DNA of 56,234 bases, counting the filler, from Sphacelaria rigidula (lineage: Eukaryota), in NCBI GenBank assembly GCA_964200075.2. It is 5 parts of 5 records of this genome, joined end to end, with 100 filler letters (N's around TTAATTAATTAA, not from the genome) between each part and the next. Parts side by side here need not be neighbours in the genome. Positions count along the whole stretch, not along the records: positions 45,070 to 56,234 come from CAXNAA020005294.1; 4 more parts are not named here. One strand, written 5' to 3'. Positions 49,200-56,234 of this stretch are shown piece by piece (within the stretch, counting starts at the first letter, position 1; the number at the start of each line of letters is the position of its first letter). The position numbers and the translations under genes are program-made. The notes beneath the pieces were generated by a model, which worked only from the letters and a program-made list of their open reading frames with translations, did no database searches and was not told where the DNA came from.

Positions 49200-50572
49200 T
49201 TGGGTTTATCTGATTCGGATACACCAGACCGTCCATTGTCTCCTACTGCATTCCACGCTTTAGCAACCGCTGCGGCCGACAAAGAACGTTCCGAAGCTAT
49301 CGAAAAAGCAGCTTCCGATAGAGTTGAGTCTGCCCGAGTAGCTGCAGTACAGAGACAATATATCCAGATGGACGTTAAAAACTTTTGTCATATCAAAAAT
49401 ATTTCTGCTGCTGATAATGAAGGTTCAGGACAGGTTACTTCTGCCCTCATCACATCCATTCGCCGTACAGTTTGCAATATCCTTCACCTGGCGGATGCAA
49501 CTGGCGTCCAACGCTTTGAAGATCCCAGTTGGGTAGACGGCTGGCAGACCCCTGGCAGACCCCATTGCACAAAGCATTGCATCGATCCATCAGCCACCGC
49601 TCTCCCGACATCGCTGCTTTCTAAACACAGATCCTCGACGGCTTCCTCGCCGAACTGGACCCGGATTGTGCCCAGGGGAAGACAGGCCCGCTATTGCTCT
49701 CTGATCTGGAAAGGCGTCTGATAGGCTGTTATGACAAAAGTGACCAAGCAAGCGCCATCCAGAGGCTGAGTTCTTTTGCTGTAGCATCGGATGTCCCCTT
49801 CGCAAATTATCTCCGCGAATATAAGCTTTTGGTCTCTGGTACTTCGGGTGTCGGACGCCGAAACGGACCGAGCGATGCAATGTGTCAGACTTACGTTCGC
49901 AATAGCGTTCCTCAACAGTATCCGGCTCTGATGCCGTCGTTGTTTCCGGGTGTCTTGATGCATCGCGAGGTGCCTTACGCCTCTGTTGATGCTATGTGGT
50001 CTGCTTTTGTACACCAAGAGGGCAATCTTACGCCCGTCATACGTGGCAAACCTTCTACACCTCTGCGTTCACAACCTACAGTTGTGTCCTCTGCTCATGC
50101 CCAAGGGTCTCGCGGCAGGAATTCGAGTTCATCTCGCGCTTCATGGACCCCCGACTCGGTCGCCGGTTCAGTTATGTATGTTCAAAGTAGCAGAGATGCA
50201 TTCAGCACGAGTTTTGATGCTTGGCCTTTTTCCGAGGAAACCTGGGATGATGTTTATTTGACTTCAACAACGGTATTCATTATTGACGATCCCCATTTGT
50301 GGAACCCATTTCTTTCGTCTCTTGCTAAACGCAATGCCTTCAGCAGTCATGCCAACAGTTGCATCAACTGTAGTGTTCAAGGTTACAGTATACGTAACTG
50401 CGATAGCCCATGCATCAATGCCTTTGATCTCATGAACCCTGAATTGCAGGACAATGAACCCGCGTGGCGCCGACGGCAAAAATGCATGCGCGACTATCGC
50501 CTACAGAACCGAAATCATCGTAATAATTCGAATCCACGCGGCCACAAGAGCTCTTCTCGCGGCCGCCGATAG
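49200..50572 (+). pseudogene. gag-like region with degenerate zinc knuckle
   Basis: Two frameshifted ORFs, with CINCSVQGYSIRNC (C-x2-C-x4-H>Y-x4-C) and a basic tail. Confidence 0.7.
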
Positions 50573-50783
50573 AACAACAATAATTCAACCCCTCGCCAGA
50601 AAGATCTTCATTCTCGCGCCAACGAACGATCCCCTGATAGACATCAGCGGACGGGGCCGACACACAACTCGAACCCTGATACCAGAAATCCTGGTACCTT
50701 CACAACGGATCGCGTGGACCCATGACGTGCCGACGCCGGCGTTCTACGGTCTTCCGCGCCGCCGACAGCAGTAGCGAAGATTC

Positions 50784-51017
50784 TTTCAACACAGCCCGCG
50801 GAATCCGTGACTAAGATTGTTCACCCGGCTCCCCCGGCACTATGCAGGAGCGTTACAGGCGACCGTTCAAATCGACCCCCGTCTTCAACCTCCACACACT
50901 TTTCAACACAACCCGCAGAGCCCGCGACTAGGATTGTTCGCCCAGCTTCCCCGGCACTATGCAGGAGCGCAACTGACGGCCGTTCGTATCGACCCCCGTC
51001 CTCAGCCCTCCACACAC
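50784..51017 (+). repeat. 117-bp (39-codon) tandem duplication
   Basis: TTTCAACAC...CCCCGGCACTATGCAGGAGCG...TCCACACAC twice. Confidence 0.85.
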
Positions 51018-52087
51018 CGCGTAACAGTTGTGTCACACCGCGACTCAGACCTACACCCGGCCCTGAACGTCGTCCTTCAGTGCCGAGTATAAGTCTAAGA
51101 TGTGGGAGGACCAACCGCCAGCTCCTGAGGCAAAAGCTTCCCTCAGCGACCGCACGCACAGGTAGTAGCAAGCTTTTTTTCAGCTGACCCAAGTGTGGCT
51201 GATTTGAACTTGACCACATCGGATCATGTAATTCTCAATCAGTTAGATCGAGCTCCTTCCCTGCGACTTTCAACACGCTCGGACCTACGTTCGGCCGGTT
51301 CGAATCACAACCGCCCCAACATACCTTGGGCTATGACCCATCAGTCAAGCTTGCGTACAGAAAGCAGCCCACAAGTTTCGCTCCGTCATGCCCCGATGCT
51401 GACCCCATCCACCCGCCTGGACGCAGTTGTGGTTTCATCCCAAAATGTTTTGAAAGTTCCCCGACCTTTGTCACGGCGGAAGAGAAAGCCCCGTAAGCAT
51501 GCCCCCACGGACGCGCGCGCATCATCACGTACACCTCTTTCGATCGGAAATCCACAACCTCAATCTCTCCTAAATGCGACGATTTTGAGCTCGACGGCTC
51601 TATCAAGTATCACGGAAGAAACTAAATAAAATATTTCTGACGTCACTACTTCTTCAATTGACGATTCCAGCCCCGCACAATCTAGATCTCCTTCGGGCGG
51701 CCATTCCTGTCAACCAAAAACGATAATTTACGAAATCGCTGATGGTCACTCCGACAGTGCCAAACCTGAAAATAGTATACTGTCCACACTCTTCTCTGGT
51801 GAGAAATCTGTCCCACCGGCGGATCACCCGCCATTCGTCTTTGCTGTCAGCCCCGCTGATCCTGACCAATTTACGTTGCCGGAACATGGTCCGGATCTTG
51901 TCGGCGGTAAGGTGTCTGTGGACCCGGCCACTTTCACTACACGCGTTGCGATCCACTCTGGTTCAAACGCTACCACGCCTAGCAAATGCGTTTTGTAGCC
52001 AAAAATACACCAAGGCGTAGTAGATGTAGCATGTGTAGGATCCTGAATGATGACCAGGGGACAAGGGCATCATGTGGATGATGACCC

Positions 52088-54520
52088 TTGTTGGACAGCG
52101 GCAGTCCGCAAACATTTACTCAAGAATCAACATGGAAACACATTAAACAGACTGGTGCTGTTACTGCAGCTTGCGAAACCATCAACCAACCTCGAGTATG
52201 GGGCGGTTTCGGTGATTCTGCCGCACCCCTGACGACACGAAAATCCGTGCGTCTCAGTGTGCAATTCTTTCACAACACCACTCGTTCTACCAGCCTGGCA
52301 GTCTGGGCATACATTGTCCCCGACAGCACAATGCGCCACGCCATATCATCGGGCGGAGATAGCTATATGCGGTATAATAAACGGACCTACCGCACGCTTC
52401 CACCATTATCGCCACATTCCACGCCTCGTGGAGAATTGAACCTTCAGCACTTTGGTACTCTCCACGGCGCCCTGGCCCACCAGAAAAATACTCAAGCAAC
52501 CGGAGCTGCTTACCACCTACGATATAACAGTACCGTTGGTATTATACTCTTCAACGATCCCCAACTTTTAGAAGTTGCACTAGTACGCCGAAATGTCATG
52601 CCAGCACTTATGGGCCATTATCTTGCCGAAATGTTACCCCGTATTGGTGCACCAGCCGCCACAGAACATTTTGTCTCGGCGGGACAACAACTCCTCCCTC
52701 TTACGGGTCATGCTAACTTGAAACCCGGCGATATTTTAGGAATTGCCGCTGCTGCCCTGATGCACATCCCACTCGAGACGTGCGTAACAGAGCCTGGTGC
52801 GCCAAACGCCACATCTCCTGCGGAGCCAGCCCATTGTGTCGATGAACCTTATTTTGATCTCGCCTCTGCGACTCCACCACAGGTCCACACCGTGGATCCT
52901 GCCCAGTCAAATTCCGATCCTCCTGCTGAAGGGCTTCAATGCTTGTCACCGGATTCTCGGATTAGTTTCTTGCGAATGTGGCACGCACTACCTCCACACA
53001 TGCGCGACATCAATATTGACCTTCATGGGCCCGGCTGGGAACCGACAGTCGTCCGAGAACTCAGTGATGTCCTGCTACACTACCAAGACCGATTTTCCCG
53101 ATCCAAGATGGATCTTGGGCATTGCAAAACATTGCCCTTTGAGATTACTCTCCAACCCAGCGTCTCGCCGATCTCTTCTCGGCCATGCCGGACAAACCCA
53201 ATCCTTACCAAGAAGGTTAACGCCATCTTGGATGCATATTTGGGAGCAGGATTAATACAACATCCCTCCTCTCCTTGGGCCTCGCCCCTCGTGGTCGTCC
53301 CGAAAAAAGATGGAAACATACGCAAAACCGTGAATTACCAACGGTTGAACCGCGTCACTGTGGTCGGTAAACTTCCAATCCCCCGCATTGATGAAGTCTT
53401 CAATTCCTTAGGGGAAAATTTTCAGCACCTTCGACCTCGCTTCTGGATTCTTTCAGAATGATATTCACCCTGATACAGCCCCACTGACGGCCTTTTGTAC
53501 TTTGTCCGGACTCTATGATTGGTTCCGAATGCCACAAGGCGCTGCCACTGCCCCGGGATGCTTTCAACGCTTAATGCAACGCGTCACCGAGGGCCTCGAG
53601 CACATCATCATGTACCTGGATGACGCTATCGTTTTCGATGCCTCACCTATTGAACATATCCGGACTCTACGAGAATTTCTCTCGCGCCTACGAACACACT
53701 ATTTGAAACTGCCTCCATCCAAAGCTCGCCTCGGTGCGACTGACTTGGATTTCCTGGGGCATTCCATTTCGCCAGCAGGCCTGCATCCGGATACAAACAA
53801 AGTCAAGGCGATGATTGAATTGCCGAGGCCAACTAACATTTCTCAACTTAGCTCATTGTTGGGCGGACTATCCTACTGCCGCAAAATTTTGCCCAATTTC
53901 TCAAAACGGATTCGCCCCCTCACTGAGCTACTCAAGAAATGAGCCGTGTTTTCCTTCACAACCGAAATGGAAAATATCACCCGGGAATTTCTCAAGGCGC
54001 TCACCGAAAAGCCGGTCCTCTGTTTTCCTGATTAGGAGGCAGTACAAGATGTCTCTCGCCTTTTCCAACTCCACACTGACACCAGCACAAACGGATTTGG
54101 AGGAGTTTTGAATCAACCTCGGGTTGATGGCTACATCCGACCCATCCTTTATATCAGCCGCGCTACCCTGCCCAACGAGGCCAATTGGAACCCGCTAGAA
54201 CTGGAAGGCGCAACAATCACTTGGGCCATATACCAATCATGAGACCACGACTGGACCCCTGGGGGATCAGCTAAAGTGTAACAATCAATCAATCAATTAA
54301 TTGATCAATCAACGCCTTCGACAATATTTGTTTCACGTGCCCTTCGAGATCTATACGGATCATGGGGTACTTGAATAACTCGCCAAGGTTGGCGAACACA
54401 ACCCGCGTATACAACGATAGTTGGAGTTTCTAACAGCGTACCAGTATACCATTAAGCACCGTCCAGGCAAAACCAACAGGAACGCTGATCTTCTTTCTCG
54501 CCTACCCCTGCCACCTACGG
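52088..54520 (+). pseudogene. pol: protease, RT and RNase H
   Basis: LDSGSPQTF, SSPWASPLVVVPKKDG, YQRLN, RMPQG, MYLDD, FLGH, FQLHTDTS, EIYTDH, NADLLSR, with frameshifts and stops. Confidence 0.9.
54231..54310 (+). mobile_element. 5'-truncated retroposon 3' end with (AATC)n tail, inserted in RNase H
   Basis: Interrupts TITWAI|xRLRQYLF. ATCAGCTAAAGTGT recurs at ~56166. Confidence 0.65.
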
Positions 54521-55089
54521 CCGCAGATTCTAGCCCGGCTTGCCGTTCAACAGACCCCGATGACCCTGGAATTTACGCGATTAGACGTTTTTCAACGCCC
54601 GTTTCCGCCCTCGACCTCTAGTGCCAAGAAATTGGTATGCATATGGGTGGGCCCCGCCCTCCACCATATGACGCCGTCTTAGGTGGGTTAGCGCCCACTA
54701 CCTCCGATTCTGTCGATTTCCGCGCCTTCGGTACTCGCGCCAAGCTCTTCACAGAGACACCTTCGGTCACCCACCTAATCTACGACAACACGCACTCCCG
54801 GTCTGCCGCCCGCACCACCCCGAGTGCCCCGCCGCCACCGATAACACCTGCAAATTCCACGAGCCACGCAACACAGGTCCCACGGACCAGCACGCAACAC
54901 TCCTCGAACACTCTTGCCACGTGCACTACGCGCCGCGAACAATCTTCGCCGCGCACTACTACAGCCCCGCCGCCTATAACGGCGCCACCAACGTCTAACA
55001 CTCCTGATCATGGAGCTGACGACGTAGCTCCTGCTCCCGGGGCAGATATTGACGTCGGCACTCCTGCCCCGTCTCCTATTCCCCCGCTG

Positions 55090-56152
55090 CCTACCCCACC
55101 ATGTTTGGTAGAGACTTTTCATGTCACCTTGGCGTCACCCGCACCCTAGCGCTCTTGGAACGCTTCTACTGGCGGGTTGGCATGAAAATTTCTTTGGCTA
55201 TACACGTTACACGTGCCATAGCGTTACACATTACGTTCATGTTACGTTTTGGCCGAAACGTAATGTGAACGTTAATTTTTTCTACGTGATGAACGTAACG
55301 TAAACGTAACGTTGAATTTTCAAACGTAACGTTAACGTAACGTTGAATGCTTTTCACGTGACACACGTCACGTCACGTGAACGTTAAAATTTTACGTGAT
55401 GAACGTAACGTGAACGTGAACGTGTACATGTATAGCCAAGGCTATACACGTTACACGTACCATAGGGTTGCACGTTACCTTCACGTTACCTTTTGGGCGA
55501 AACGTAACGTGAACGTAATTCGTTCTACGTGATGAACGTAACGTGAACGTAGCATTAAATGTTCAAATGTAACGTTAACGTAACCTTAAATTTTTTTGCG
55601 TGATGAACGTAACCTGGACGTAACCTGATCGTAACCTGAACGTAACGTGAAATTTTCAAATGTAACGTTAACGTAACGTGTATGGGTTTTACGTGACATA
55701 CATCACGTGACGTGAACGTTAAGTTTTTACGTGATGAACGTAACGTGAACGTGAACGTGTAACGTGTATAGCCCTGGCAATTTTCACCCGCTTCTGGATT
55801 CGGCGATGCTTTAAATGCCAAGCCCGTCATCTCTATGGGACTCCCCAACGAGCCAGGTCACCTTGTGTCCTTTGACTACTTTGGCCCTCTACCGACAACA
55901 GGTCGTGGCAACACCTACATCTTACTCTTCACTGGTCGCTTCAGCCGTCACGCGTCCATGTACGCGGTAACCGCCGCAGATTCCACTGCCGCCGGAACGG
56001 CCGACATATCGGTTCACGACTACATTAAGCGCTACGGTTGCCCAAAGCGACTGCTTTCAGACAATGGTCAGCAATTTTGCTCAGATCTATCTGATGAGCT
56101 TTACAAGCCCCTGCGCATCCGCAAAATTGCCACGAGTCACTTTCTACGATAG
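55090..56152 (+). pseudogene. Integrase interrupted by a MITE dimer
   Basis: TLALLERFYWRVGM | RFWIRRCFKCQAR, then VSFDYFGPLP, YILLFTGRFSR, LLSDNGQQF. Confidence 0.85.
55194..55776. mobile_element. Head-to-tail dimer of an ACGT-repeat hAT-like MITE
   Basis: Unit 1 ~55194-55439 and unit 2 ~55438-55776. TIR (CAG)GGCTATACACGTTACACG / CGTGTAACGTGTATAGCCCTG. Dense AACGT(G/A) repeats. Confidence 0.8.
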
Positions 56153-56234
56153 CCCCCCCCAAACAATCAGCTAAAGTGTCACGAAAAAAATGGCCATACA
56201 GCGCCTGATGTTAGGGTTTAGGCTGCACGAAGCG

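Larger units (their letters stand above)
46227..56152 (+). mobile_element. Large degenerate Ty3/Gypsy retrotransposon, family 2 (LTRs not identified)
   Basis: Long Pro/Ser/Thr-rich 5' frames, gag-like 49200-50572, protease LDSGS (52088), RT, RNase H and integrase in Gypsy order. The 5' boundary is uncertain. Confidence 0.82.

Overview
Eukaryotic, transposon-dense DNA, most consistent with a brown alga (Phaeophyceae, Ectocarpus-like). This is inferred from an EsV-1-7 repeat gene, a multi-exon WSC gene with GT-AG introns and TTAGGG repeats. The window is not one locus. It is five contigs of 11168, 11168, 11167, 11166 and 11165 bp joined by identical 100-nt spacers (N44-TTAATTAATTAA-N44), i.e. 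length-sorted unplaced contigs. Two host-type genes are visible: (1) an uninterrupted minus-strand ORF (2641-4740) with 11 tandem 38-aa C-x4-C-x16-C-x2-H EsV-1-7 repeats and a tail with NLS/SUMO-like motifs; (2) a 5'-partial seven-exon gene (26752-30420, minus) encoding three WSC domains, which the ORF track captures only in fragments. The other recognisable sequence is transposon-derived: two Ty3/Gypsy families (one copy with both LTRs and a chromodomain-like tail), an RTE-type LINE endonuclease, two tRNA-derived SINE families, a hAT-like non-autonomous element with an 8-bp TSD, a TG...CA MITE family with 4-5-bp TSDs (Ginger-like), and several foldback elements. No CRISPR array, rRNA or intact tRNA gene was seen.
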